A DNA stretch of 64,000 nt from an uncultured bacterium (GTDB lineage Bacteria; Verrucomicrobiota; Lentisphaeria; Victivallales; UBA1829). The translations under genes and the position numbers were made by a program. The DNA is taken from positions 47,260 to 111,259 of the forward strand of contig CASFTV010000007.1 of assembly GCA_949297765.1 (NCBI GenBank). Reading direction: 5' to 3'. Positions 9,383 to 17,929 of the stretch are shown one piece after another (the stretch's first letter is position 1; each line of letters begins with the position of its first letter). The notes below the pieces were generated by a model. That model was not told where the DNA came from. It made no database searches and saw nothing but the letters and a program-made list of their open reading frames with translations.

Positions 9383-11968
9383 ATGACACGGACATTCCCC
9401 CTTTCTCTCACATTCTGCGCGCTGCTGCTCGGAGGAACGCTGAGGGCCGCCCCGGACGCCGTTCCCGAGGGCTACCAGCCGTTCCCCCTGCAGTGGGACG
9501 ACACGCTCGCAGGAACCGCAACGGACGTTTCCTTCCTCAACGAAAAACCCGCCGGAAAAAACGGACGCCTGATCGTCCGCAATGGTCATTTCGCGGAAAG
9601 CGCCACCGGGAAACGGATCCGTCTGATCGGAATCGGGATCGGCGGCGATGCACTCTTCGAGATGGATCACGCGGCCGCGGAAAAGGTCGCGCGGCGTCTT
9701 GCAAAGGCCGGCGTCAACGTGGTCCGCTTCCACAATCTCGACGGTTCCGACCGCGACCGGGATACGCTCATTGACTTCAAACAGCCCGGGTCCGAACACT
9801 TCAATCTCAAACATCTCGACACGCTGGACTACTTTTTCGCCTGTCTGAAAAAAGAGGGGATCTACACCGTGATGGGCCTGAAGGTCAACCGGACCCTCCG
9901 GAACGGCGACGATCTCCCCGACGGCGTCAAAAAAGCCGGAAAACGGATCGACCGTTTCAACCGCGCATGGATCGAATCGCAGAAACGCTGGGCAAAGAAC
10001 CTTCTGACCCATCAGAATCCCTACACAAAGACGACTCTTGCGGAAGATCCCGCCGTTCTGAGCGTGGAACTCAACAACGAAAGTTCGCTTCTGTTCGAGA
10101 ATCTGAACTGGATCGACACGCTTCCCGCCCCCTATAAACGGGAGCTGACCGCACTCTGGAACGACTTTCTCTCCCGCCGCTACAAAACCGACAAAGCCCT
10201 CCTCGAAGCCTGGAACCGGGACACCATCCTTCCCGGCAGCTCCATTCTGAATCCGGAAGGCCGATGGACCTTTGAACAGCCGGACGCGCTGAATGTTCTC
10301 CGCAACAGCTCCGATTCGGTCTCGGCCGTTGTGAAACGCCGCAGCAGCCAGGACTGGCAGATTCAGTTCCAGCGCCCCGGACTCAGCCTTGAAAACGGAA
10401 AATCCTATACCCTGGAGTTCGATGCGCGCGGCGAAGGCGGACCGGTCCGCATCGTTCTGTCGCAGGACCGTCCCGAATGGCACAACTGCGGACTCGAAGC
10501 GACCTTCTCCCTCTCCCCCGGCTGGAAACATCACCGCTGCACCTTCCGGGCAAAGAATGCGGATCCCGGCCATGTCCGGATCTCGTTCGGCGTCGGGCAT
10601 GCGCGGAAGGCGGAAATCGCCGCGGTCCGCCTCTTTCCGGGGACGGAACCGGTTACCGCCCGCCTCTCCTCCGGCAATATTCCGCTTCCCGCCGCGCCGA
10701 ACGACGCCATGAGCGCCGATCTGCTGGACTTCATGGTCGAACTCGACACGCGCTATGCGGAGGAAATGCTGGATTACCTGCGGAAGGAACTCGGCCTGAA
10801 GAGCCTGGTGATCGACACTCAGATCGACTGGGGCGGACTTTCCGGACTCCGCCGGGAAAAACGGATGGACTATGTCGATGTCCACGCCTACTGGGGACAT
10901 CCGGAATTCACCGGGGGAAGCTGGGAATTCAAACCGGGATTCTGGAAGATTCTCAATCAGTCGCAGATTCCCCGAGTCGTACATGGCGGCTGGTGTCCGC
11001 TGGAGCAGTTCAGCCGCTACCGGATCCACACGAAACCTCTCTCCATTTCCGAGCACGACTATCCCTATCCGCACGACTATGCGGCGGAAATGATGCCGCT
11101 TCTGGTCAGTGTGGCTCTGCGGCAGGACTGGGACATGCTTCAGCTCTTCATTCACGGAACCTTCCTGACGCGCGGAAAATCCGCCGGCATCAGCCACATG
11201 TTCGATCAGACCAACCATCCCGGGAAAATCGGTTTTTTCCCGGCGGCGGCGCTGATCTTCCGGCGCGGCATGTTTGAACCGGCTCCGAGAGAGGTGGAAC
11301 TCCGTCTTCCGGAGACGCCGTGGCGCTGGTTCGGCAACCGTTTCGACCGGGCCTGGGCGGCGACCGGAGTCCGGCGGAATCTTCTGGACTCCCGGATGAC
11401 CATCGTCCCCGACGCGGTGAAAACTCCCGGACGAGTCGAAGCCTCGGTTTCCGCTCCCGATGAACCCCGCCGCCCGATGCGCGCATGGACCGAAGGAGAG
11501 AAAGCCTTCTTCACAGCGGTTGCCCCGCAGTGCATCGTTCTCTGCGGGCATTTCGGCGGACGGACAATGGACGTCGGCGATCTCCGTCTCCGGAGCCGTC
11601 CGTTCCCCGGCGATTTCGGAGCGGCGGTTCTGGTCTCCCGCGACGGGCATCCCCTTGCGGCTTCCTCCGACATTCTCTTCACAATCGCCGGCCGCTTCGA
11701 AAACTCCGGCGTCATCTGGAACAAGGAACGCAACGCCACCCTCAACCGCTCTCCGTGGTGGGGCAATCCTCCGGTTCTCGGCACAAAAACCGATGCGGAG
11801 GTCCGCTTCAGAACCGACGGTCCGCGCACGGTCTACGCTCTCGACTCCAACGGGAAGCGGACCGCGGAAGTTCCGTCCGCGTGGAAGGACAACCATCTCA
11901 CCTTCCATGTCCGTCCGGAACACCGTTCCATGCACTATGAAATCATCAGAGGAGGAAACCGCCGATGA
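9383..11968 (+). CDS. Secreted glycoside hydrolase, clan GH-A TIM-barrel type with an internal CBM-like insertion
   Basis: Signal peptide MTRTFPLSLTFCALLLGGTLRAAP. Motifs VNVVRFHNLD, VELNNES (acid/base NE) and SISEHDYP (candidate nucleophile). Homologous to the 31433..34504 product (GKxGRL, LKKEGIY, NPYT). Confidence 0.75.
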   Translation: MTRTFPLSLTFCALLLGGTLRAAPDAVPEGYQPFPLQWDDTLAGTATDVSFLNEKPAGKNGRLIVRNGHFAESATGKRIRLIGIGIGGDALFEMDHAAAEKVARRLAKAGVNVVRFHNLDGSDRDRDTLIDFKQPGSEHFNLKHLDTLDYFFACLKKEGIYTVMGLKVNRTLRNGDDLPDGVKKAGKRIDRFNRAWIESQKRWAKNLLTHQNPYTKTTLAEDPAVLSVELNNESSLLFENLNWIDTLPAPYKRELTALWNDFLSRRYKTDKALLEAWNRDTILPGSSILNPEGRWTFEQPDALNVLRNSSDSVSAVVKRRSSQDWQIQFQRPGLSLENGKSYTLEFDARGEGGPVRIVLSQDRPEWHNCGLEATFSLSPGWKHHRCTFRAKNADPGHVRISFGVGHARKAEIAAVRLFPGTEPVTARLSSGNIPLPAAPNDAMSADLLDFMVELDTRYAEEMLDYLRKELGLKSLVIDTQIDWGGLSGLRREKRMDYVDVHAYWGHPEFTGGSWEFKPGFWKILNQSQIPRVVHGGWCPLEQFSRYRIHTKPLSISEHDYPYPHDYAAEMMPLLVSVALRQDWDMLQLFIHGTFLTRGKSAGISHMFDQTNHPGKIGFFPAAALIFRRGMFEPAPREVELRLPETPWRWFGNRFDRAWAATGVRRNLLDSRMTIVPDAVKTPGRVEASVSAPDEPRRPMRAWTEGEKAFFTAVAPQCIVLCGHFGGRTMDVGDLRLRSRPFPGDFGAAVLVSRDGHPLAASSDILFTIAGRFENSGVIWNKERNATLNRSPWWGNPPVLGTKTDAEVRFRTDGPRTVYALDSNGKRTAEVPSAWKDNHLTFHVRPEHRSMHYEIIRGGNRR

Positions 11969-12999
11969 AAAGTCCCGCCCATCCGACCGGTGCTCTGAAA
12001 CGCATCGCCGAGGAAGCCGGCTGCTCCCCATCCACCGTAAGCCGGGTCCTCAACGGATGCCGGAAAGGCTTCTCGGTCCGCAAGGATCTGGAAGAACGCA
12101 TCCGCGCCGTTGCCGCCGCCTCCCACTACCAGCCGAATCCGTTTCTGAGGATCATGCGGGCAAAGGATTCCAGACTCATCGCGATCTTCGATCCGGTCCA
12201 CGACCTCTCGCCGATACTCGGACAGGCGAAAACCGCTTTTATTTCGACGATCCGGCAGAAAGGATTTCTGGAGACCGGAAAATACGTTTCGCTCTATCAG
12301 AAAGATTCCTATACGCTCCCCTTCCCTGTCGCGGCGGCGCTTCTGTTTGACATCAGCGATCCATCGTTTCTCTCGTTTCTGGAGGAACTTGGCATTCCCT
12401 ACACGGTCATCAACGGGATGTGCCGTTCCGGCGGAGCCTCGGTGCAGATCGACGAAGAACGGCACATGCACTCCGCTCTGGACTGTCTCTGCGAAAAAGG
12501 ACACACCCGCATCGCCTTCTACGCCGCCCACAGGGATGCGGGAACCCGCCATCAGCATTACTCCGGCATTCTGCGGGAAAAATACTTTCATGCGGAACTT
12601 GCCGCCCGCGGACTGCCCGAACCGCCGGAAGCGCTCGCGGATCTGCTGGACCCCGCCGAATATCTCATGCGGATCCGGAAGGAGTTTCAGCCGACGGCAA
12701 TCCTCTGCTACGATCATGTCCGGGCGGTCGGGATCATGACCGCGGCAATCCAGGCGGGACTCCGCCTCCCGGAGGATCTTTCGCTGCTTTCCATGACAGA
12801 CGACTTCCCCCTCGGCCAGCTTCCGATGCCGATCGCGGCATTCTCTCTTTTCGCCGCCCGGCTCGGAGAATGCGCCGCCGGACAGCTCTTCCGCCTTCTG
12901 GAGGAAACGCTCCCGGAAACGGAGCGGACCGTTCTCATCCGCGGACGTCTCCAGAAACGCCGCAGCATCGCCGAACCGAAAAAACAAATTTCCAAATGA
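11965..12999 (+). CDS. LacI family transcriptional regulator
   Basis: N-terminal [24 protein letters not shown] plus a PBP1-type sugar-binding body. ATGA overlap with the GH stop. Confidence 0.9.
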   Translation: MKSPAHPTGALKRIAEEAGCSPSTVSRVLNGCRKGFSVRKDLEERIRAVAAASHYQPNPFLRIMRAKDSRLIAIFDPVHDLSPILGQAKTAFISTIRQKGFLETGKYVSLYQKDSYTLPFPVAAALLFDISDPSFLSFLEELGIPYTVINGMCRSGGASVQIDEERHMHSALDCLCEKGHTRIAFYAAHRDAGTRHQHYSGILREKYFHAELAARGLPEPPEALADLLDPAEYLMRIRKEFQPTAILCYDHVRAVGIMTAAIQAGLRLPEDLSLLSMTDDFPLGQLPMPIAAFSLFAARLGECAAGQLFRLLEETLPETERTVLIRGRLQKRRSIAEPKKQISK

Positions 13000-13013
13000 A
13001 AGGACCTGTCTTT

Positions 13014-13742
13014 ATGAAAATCCGTCATTTCACCCTTGTGGAACTCCTCGTTGTAATTGCGATCATCGCGATCCTTGCGGGGCTGCTTCTTCCCGCGCTG
13101 AATCAGGCGCGCGCCAAAGCCAGAACCATCAGCTGCGCCGGAAATCTGAAGCAGTTCGGCACCGCAACCACTCTCTACGCGAACGATTCCGCCGATTACG
13201 TTCCGCCTCTTTTCAACGCCACCAACTGGAAGGAGATCTGGAGCGCCAACACCGCGTTTTACGACGCGGGCGGAATCAAATGGGACAACACCCGTATGCC
13301 CAACGAATACAGCTACGGCTACGTCGCCCGCGGAATTCTCTGCGCGGAATCGGGACACATCCGGAAATCCCGCGATCCCTACGGATTCATCAACGCCGTC
13401 TACGGACGCAATGAACATCTTCCGACCAGCAACGGCTATGTGTGCGCCAAACTCACCCAGATCAAAGGCTCCTCGCACAAGCTCAACATGATGGACGCGA
13501 CCGTCCACTCCGTCGCCTACGGTCTGAGCCACTATCCGACCCGCTATGCGCAGGCCCTCGCCCAGGGCGGCGAAGACTTCTGGAACTCCTCCACCCGCGG
13601 AACGGCGTACCGGCACAGCGGAAGAACCAACGCGAACTTCTACGACGGACACGTCGAGCTCCTCCAGTGGACCAAAATCAACTACAACACCGACAACTCC
13701 TACAGCGGAGACAAAATTCAGAAATATTACTGGGAAATGTAA
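13014..13742 (+). CDS. Prepilin-type N-terminal domain protein with C-terminal H-X9-DG motif (DUF1559-like pseudopilin)
   Basis: [49 protein letters not shown], and C-terminal [14 protein letters not shown] (H-X9-DG). The alternative in-frame ATG at 12996 would give an ATGA overlap with the LacI stop. The track ORF 12420..13742 is a 5' over-extension. Confidence 0.85.
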   Translation: MKIRHFTLVELLVVIAIIAILAGLLLPALNQARAKARTISCAGNLKQFGTATTLYANDSADYVPPLFNATNWKEIWSANTAFYDAGGIKWDNTRMPNEYSYGYVARGILCAESGHIRKSRDPYGFINAVYGRNEHLPTSNGYVCAKLTQIKGSSHKLNMMDATVHSVAYGLSHYPTRYAQALAQGGEDFWNSSTRGTAYRHSGRTNANFYDGHVELLQWTKINYNTDNSYSGDKIQKYYWEM

Positions 13743-13769
13743 AAAAACCGTTCTCCGCCACCGTCCGTT

Positions 13770-14651
13770 TCAAGGGGAAACGAACGGCGTCTTCCGGTGC
13801 GGCCGGACAGAATCCGGGCCATGACAGGAAAAGGATTCCGTTCCGTCGGCCGCCTTCTTCCCCTCCGTCAGAATACATCCGGGGAACGGGACATGGGCTC
13901 CGAACAGCCATTTTCCCGACCGGAGAACCGCTTTCCGGGAAGCGACCGCCCGTTCCGGATCCATGTCGAACCGGGCGCAGACCGTCGGACGCGGGACCTG
14001 AAGATCAATCGCATGGAACGTGTCGCCGATAAAACAGATCCCGTCAAGATGAAACACCGCATGGCCGGGCGTATGCCCCTCCCGCAGCTCCGGGACAAGT
14101 CCACCCGGCAGCGGAGTTCCGGACTCAAACAGGCGGATGCGGCCCTCATACGGCGCAAGATGACGCTTCAAATTCGCGCGGGCGGCATCGTTTTTCCAGG
14201 CGTCGTACTCCTTCTTTGCGATATGCAGTTCCGCGCGCGGAAAAAGCGGAGTGCCGGATTCCGCAGTCAGCCCGCCCACATGGTCGGGATGGATATGGGT
14301 GATCAGAATCGCGTCAATCGTTGCGGGATCGGCCTTCATCGCCCGCAGACGTTCCCGGAGTTTCCCCCGTTCGACCGGATATCCCGCGTCGATCAGAATC
14401 CGCTTCCCGTCCTTTTCCACGAGAAAAACATTGACGGATGCGGCATAATCCTTCTGTGCGGGTTTGAATCCGGAATCCGGAACCGTGTCGAAAAAAAGCC
14501 CCGCGGGCATACGGTTTGCGGCATCCTGAATCGCCGTGATCCGGATCTGTCCGTCGGGAAGAAGACGGAATGTCCGGATTCCCTCCGCGGCAAACGAAGC
14601 AATGCAGAACATTCCAAGCGCCATTCCAAGAGCCAGTGCCCCCTGTTTCAT
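13770..14651 (-). CDS. Secreted MBL-fold metallo-hydrolase
   Basis: Trimmed to the ATG at 14651 (MKQGALALGMALGMFCIASFAAEG, signal-like). ILITHIHPDHVGG is the HxHxDH motif. Confidence 0.85.
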   Translation of the reverse strand: MKQGALALGMALGMFCIASFAAEGIRTFRLLPDGQIRITAIQDAANRMPAGLFFDTVPDSGFKPAQKDYAASVNVFLVEKDGKRILIDAGYPVERGKLRERLRAMKADPATIDAILITHIHPDHVGGLTAESGTPLFPRAELHIAKKEYDAWKNDAARANLKRHLAPYEGRIRLFESGTPLPGGLVPELREGHTPGHAVFHLDGICFIGDTFHAIDLQVPRPTVCARFDMDPERAVASRKAVLRSGKWLFGAHVPFPGCILTEGKKAADGTESFSCHGPDSVRPHRKTPFVSP

Positions 14652-14689
14652 GTCGGACCTCCTGTTGTTCCCGGCTGGAATGGCCGGCA

Positions 14690-15220
14690 TTATCGTTGAA
14701 ATACGGTTTTGTCGAGCAGAAGCAGACGTTTTTCCAGCCGCTCGCGCTCCGGACGTGTCAGCGAATTCAGGCGGAACAGGGAGGAATACTTCTCCCGCTC
14801 CGGGATGCCGACCCTCCCGACATGGAAGTCCGCATACAGGACATTCAGATGGCCGGAATGATTGGAAAAACGGTCGAACACGATCGGCGTATCGGGCGAA
14901 ATTCTCTTTGTTGAAAGCCCGTCGCCGAGGTAAATATAGTGAAGCTGCCTTGCCGGGCATCGGAACATTTCGACATCGAACGATTCCCCTTTTTCCGCCA
15001 GACGTTCCAGCGAATCCGGCAGAATGCCTCCATGAGCGGCCGCATACTGTTTCAGGGCTTTGCCGAGTCCGGAGAGATGCTCCGTGCACCGGAGATCGGT
15101 TTCCGCGGCATCGTCACCGCGATCCTCCGTCCTGCTCTGAAAAAAGAGAAAGCTGGCGATCGACGCGGCCAGCACCAGCACAACCGCGATTCCGTTCAAA
15201 AGCACACTGTTCCGTTTCAT
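14690..15220 (-). CDS. Membrane-anchored hypothetical protein with DUF1559/H-X9-DG-like body but no pilin N-terminus
   Basis: TM LLNGIAVVLVLAASIASFLFF. CTEHLSGLGKALKQYAAAHGGILP resembles the Cys-x-N-L-K-Q-x-G region of pseudopilins. HSGHLNVLYADFHV is H-X9-DF. ATGA overlap with the upstream gene. Confidence 0.6.
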   Translation of the reverse strand: MKRNSVLLNGIAVVLVLAASIASFLFFQSRTEDRGDDAAETDLRCTEHLSGLGKALKQYAAAHGGILPDSLERLAEKGESFDVEMFRCPARQLHYIYLGDGLSTKRISPDTPIVFDRFSNHSGHLNVLYADFHVGRVGIPEREKYSSLFRLNSLTRPERERLEKRLLLLDKTVFQR

Positions 15221-16731
15221 AGTCCGCCGTTCACCGATGTTGCATCCGGGAATTTGACAATCCGCCGGATCCCGTTTCTTCCGAGGATGATCCGGTAGCG
15301 GGTGTAGTGGTCCTCCCGTCCGGCCATTCCATAGCGGATCACGATGTTGATGTGATACAGCCGCTTTCCGGAGACCTTCCGAATGGATTCGCCGTCGTCA
15401 CCCGGCAGAAACACCTCTTTTTCCGGATTATCCATTTTCCATAAAAAGCGCCGGATATTCAGGCGCATGATGTCTACAATACCATCAACTTTGAAATCTG
15501 CAAAAAGATTTTTGCAGTTTTTTGAAAAAATCGAGACATGTTTCCGGGCAAGCAGAACGGTTTCGCCGAGTCCGTCGCTGGCGAGCCGAGCAAAGGCATC
15601 GCGGTTGCGGACCTTCAGGATGCGCGGATCGAGCCGGTTTTCCCGGACGAACAGAAATCCCTCCCGGCAGATGCCGACCTCCCGGCCGAGACCGCTCCGG
15701 ATTTTGGTTTTGTAATCGTAGAGATAGCGGCGGACCTTCGTCTGGAAATAGTGGCGCAGGAGCTCTTTAAGACGGTCTTTTCCCATATAGGAAAGCACAA
15801 CGATGACGAAAACCAGAAGAGAGAGTTCACTGTACAGGAATTTCGCGGTCACAAAGGAGATGATTGTTGCAAACGCCATCGCGATTCCCGCAGCGGCGCC
15901 GAACAGGAGGTTTTCCAGCAGGACGCCATCTCTGCGGGTGGAGGTCTTCAGGAAGAGGACGCTTGCCATGACTTTTTTCAGGACCCCTTCCCGGTAGATC
16001 AGGGCGTCGTTGTCCGAATCCGCGGAGGGGATCGACGGATACTGGTTCGCCTTCCGGTATTCGATCTCGTAGCAGATCCGCAAAACGATCTCCCGTTTGA
16101 TTTCCGCGCTCCACGGGAAGGTGGATCCGCTGTCGAGGAAAGTCCAGAGCCGGCTGCGGTATTTGTTTGCGGAAAGGCTCAGGAATTCGTCCACGAACCG
16201 GAACATCTCCAGCGACTCCGGAGCCACGCCCGGCACTTCGATCAGAAGACGGCTCGCGCGGAACGCCTCCAGAATGGAAACGGTCCGGCCGAGATAATTC
16301 CGGACCAGCGTCTCGAAATTCAGGCTGGCACCGGAACGTTCCAGAAAAGCCTCCTCGTCCCGGAGAGCGCTCCTCACGATGGAGCAGAACATCTTGAGCT
16401 GTTCCAGATACGCCTCCGCAAGGACGGGATTCTCCGGAGAGGCGCTGTACTGCCGCATGATTCGTTCCAGGCGCTGCAGCGGAGAATTCTCTCCATCGTT
16501 CATTCCGCGCAGAAGCACTGCCGGGGTCTTCAGGCGGAGATACTCCTGCAGATCCGCATAAAAATCCTCCTTGGAGTAGGTGAACGGCGTAATCCCGAGA
16601 CTGTTCGGCAGGAAAATGCAGGTGTCCACATGATATTCATTCACTGCGGAACCGGGATTCAGCGGATAGGTGAATTTCATTTCCAGCTGATATTTGTCAT
16701 GCAGCTTGAAGGTTTCGTTCAGTCTGTCCAA
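15217..16731 (-). CDS. Hypothetical membrane protein (504 aa), no recognisable family
   Basis: TTG start at 16731, 7 nt after a GGAGG SD. Central hydrophobic block LLFGAAAGIAMAFATIISFVTAKFLYSELSLLVFVIVVLSYMG, flanked by about 260-aa and 180-aa soluble regions. Confidence 0.65.
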   Translation of the reverse strand: MDRLNETFKLHDKYQLEMKFTYPLNPGSAVNEYHVDTCIFLPNSLGITPFTYSKEDFYADLQEYLRLKTPAVLLRGMNDGENSPLQRLERIMRQYSASPENPVLAEAYLEQLKMFCSIVRSALRDEEAFLERSGASLNFETLVRNYLGRTVSILEAFRASRLLIEVPGVAPESLEMFRFVDEFLSLSANKYRSRLWTFLDSGSTFPWSAEIKREIVLRICYEIEYRKANQYPSIPSADSDNDALIYREGVLKKVMASVLFLKTSTRRDGVLLENLLFGAAAGIAMAFATIISFVTAKFLYSELSLLVFVIVVLSYMGKDRLKELLRHYFQTKVRRYLYDYKTKIRSGLGREVGICREGFLFVRENRLDPRILKVRNRDAFARLASDGLGETVLLARKHVSIFSKNCKNLFADFKVDGIVDIMRLNIRRFLWKMDNPEKEVFLPGDDGESIRKVSGKRLYHINIVIRYGMAGREDHYTRYRIILGRNGIRRIVKFPDATSVNGGL

Positions 16732-16871
16732 AAGAGCGGCCTCCTGATCGTTTCGCCGTTTTTTTCAAACAATACCGCCGTTTCCGCCGAATTCAAGGAA
16801 CTCCGTCGATTTCTCCCCGGATTTCTCCTTTCCACGGAGAAGCAAAAACGCTCTTTTTTTCCGGACAGGAC

Positions 16872-16899
16872 TTGCAAAAACGGAATCGGGCGCTATATT
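16872..16899 (+). promoter_or_regulatory. Putative promoter of rpmB
   Basis: TTGCAA (16872-16877), a 16-nt spacer, then TATATT (16894-16899), about 60 nt upstream of the GTG start. Confidence 0.4.
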
Positions 16900-16959
16900 A
16901 TCTCTCCTGTACATAAAAAAACAACGGCCGAGAAGGCTTTTACTGTAGGAGACACTAAA

Positions 16960-17193
16960 GTGAGTAACGTTTGCGACATTTGCGGAAAGAAAAAGTTTTC
17001 CGGCTCCACCATCATCCGCAGGGGCCTGGCGAAGAAAAAAGGCGGCATCGGCATGCATGTGGTGAAGGTCTCCCCGAGAACCTTTGAGCCGAACATTCAG
17101 AGCATCCGGGTTGTGGATGCCAACGGCACGGTGACCCGCAAGAAAGTCTGCGTCCAGTGCATCCGCAGCGGAAGAATCCAGAAGCCCTGCTGA
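16960..17193 (+). CDS. rpmB: 50S ribosomal protein L28
   Basis: GTG start after an AGGAG SD. (M)SNVCDICGKKKFSGSTIIRRGLAKKKGGIGMHVVKVSPRTFEPNIQSIRVVDANGTVTRKKVCVQCIRSG matches the L28 pattern. Hidden inside antisense track ORF 15538..17193. Confidence 0.85.
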   Translation: MSNVCDICGKKKFSGSTIIRRGLAKKKGGIGMHVVKVSPRTFEPNIQSIRVVDANGTVTRKKVCVQCIRSGRIQKPC

Positions 17194-17214
17194 ACATTGT
17201 CCGCGCAAAGGAAC

Positions 17215-17244
17215 GGAGCCGCTTCCAACGGCTCCTTTTTTTTT
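17215..17244 (+). terminator. Rho-independent terminator after rpmB
   Basis: GGAGCCG / CGGCTCC 7-bp stem, 7-nt loop, followed by a T9 run. Confidence 0.75.
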
Positions 17245-17266
17245 GCCGCTCCCCGGAGGATTTGTC

Positions 17267-17929
17267 ATGAGCGATTTGAGAATGCAGCGTGCGGAACGAT
17301 TCCGCAAAACCGATCTTTATCTTGTCATCGGCCATGAGTTTACGCGGGGCCGTTCCGTTCTCGACGTCCTTTCGGCGGCGGCCGACGGAGGGGTCCGGAC
17401 CGTGCAGCTCCGGGAGAAACATCTCTCCGGAAAAGAGCTGACCCTGCTGGCGGAACAGTTCCGGAAAAAATGCGATGAACTCGGCGTTCTGATGATTATG
17501 AACGACCATGTGGACATCGCTCTTGCGGTCGGCGCGGACGGCGTCCATCTCGGGCAGGACGACATGCCGCTGGAAGCCGCGCGGAGAATTGCTCCGGACC
17601 TTCTGCTCGGACGCTCGACCCACTCTCCGGAACAGGCGCTCGAAGCGCAGGCACAGGGAGCGGATTATGTGAATCTCGGCCCGATTTTCCCGACGCAGAC
17701 CAAAAACACGCCGGTCCGTCCGCTCGGACTTGACATCATCCGGAACGCGGGACCGGAACTCTCGATTCCGTTTTCCGTCATGGGCGGCGTCAAGGAGAGC
17801 AACATCCCCAGTCTGCTTGAGGCGGGTGCGCGGATTCTTGCCATGGTGACCGAACTGACGCAGGCGGAGGACGTCGCGGAAAAAGCCCGTTCCATGCGGA
17901 AGCTCTGGACAGCTGCGGGACTGGCATGA
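17267..17929 (+). CDS. thiE: Thiamine-phosphate synthase
   Basis: ATG at 17267 after a GGAGGA SD. The track start at 17243 is TTG. Motifs LYLVIG, VQLREK, NDHVDIALAVGADGVHLGQDD and GPIFPTQTK. Confidence 0.9.
   Translation: MSDLRMQRAERFRKTDLYLVIGHEFTRGRSVLDVLSAAADGGVRTVQLREKHLSGKELTLLAEQFRKKCDELGVLMIMNDHVDIALAVGADGVHLGQDDMPLEAARRIAPDLLLGRSTHSPEQALEAQAQGADYVNLGPIFPTQTKNTPVRPLGLDIIRNAGPELSIPFSVMGGVKESNIPSLLEAGARILAMVTELTQAEDVAEKARSMRKLWTAAGLA

Noticed and set aside
9359-12031. 890-aa ORF on the minus strand covering the whole GH gene.
   Set aside because: It is codon-aligned antisense to 9383..11968: 12029-9383 is a multiple of 3. Its product is Arg/Gly/Pro-rich with no motifs, whereas the plus-strand product has a signal peptide and GH motifs. 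Long in-phase antisense ORFs arise whenever the sense codons TTA, CTA and TCA are avoided, as in this GC-rich genome.
12420-13742. 440-aa ORF suggesting a much longer pilin protein.
   Set aside because: The first roughly 190 codons overlap the LacI gene in another frame and are Arg/Pro-rich. The recognisable protein begins at [12 protein letters not shown] (13014) or at 12996.
13770-15089. 439-aa version of the MBL hydrolase, and the 865-aa version of the GRE (135..2732).
   Set aside because: The N-terminal extensions overlap neighbouring genes or promoter DNA and lack coding character. Internal ATGs at 14651 and 2351 give proteins starting with a signal peptide and a normal GRE N-terminus respectively.
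15538-17193. 551-aa plus-strand ORF spanning the 504-aa gene's antisense strand and running into rpmB.
   Set aside because: Only its last 77 codons (16960-17193, GTG start after AGGAG) look like a real protein (L28). The rest is antisense shadow of 15217..16731.
17194-17266. Expected TPP riboswitch upstream of thiE.
   Set aside because: Only about 70 nt are available, and they are occupied by the rpmB terminator and the thiE SD. I see no CUGAGA or ACCUGAUCUGGAUAAUGCCAGC-like elements.
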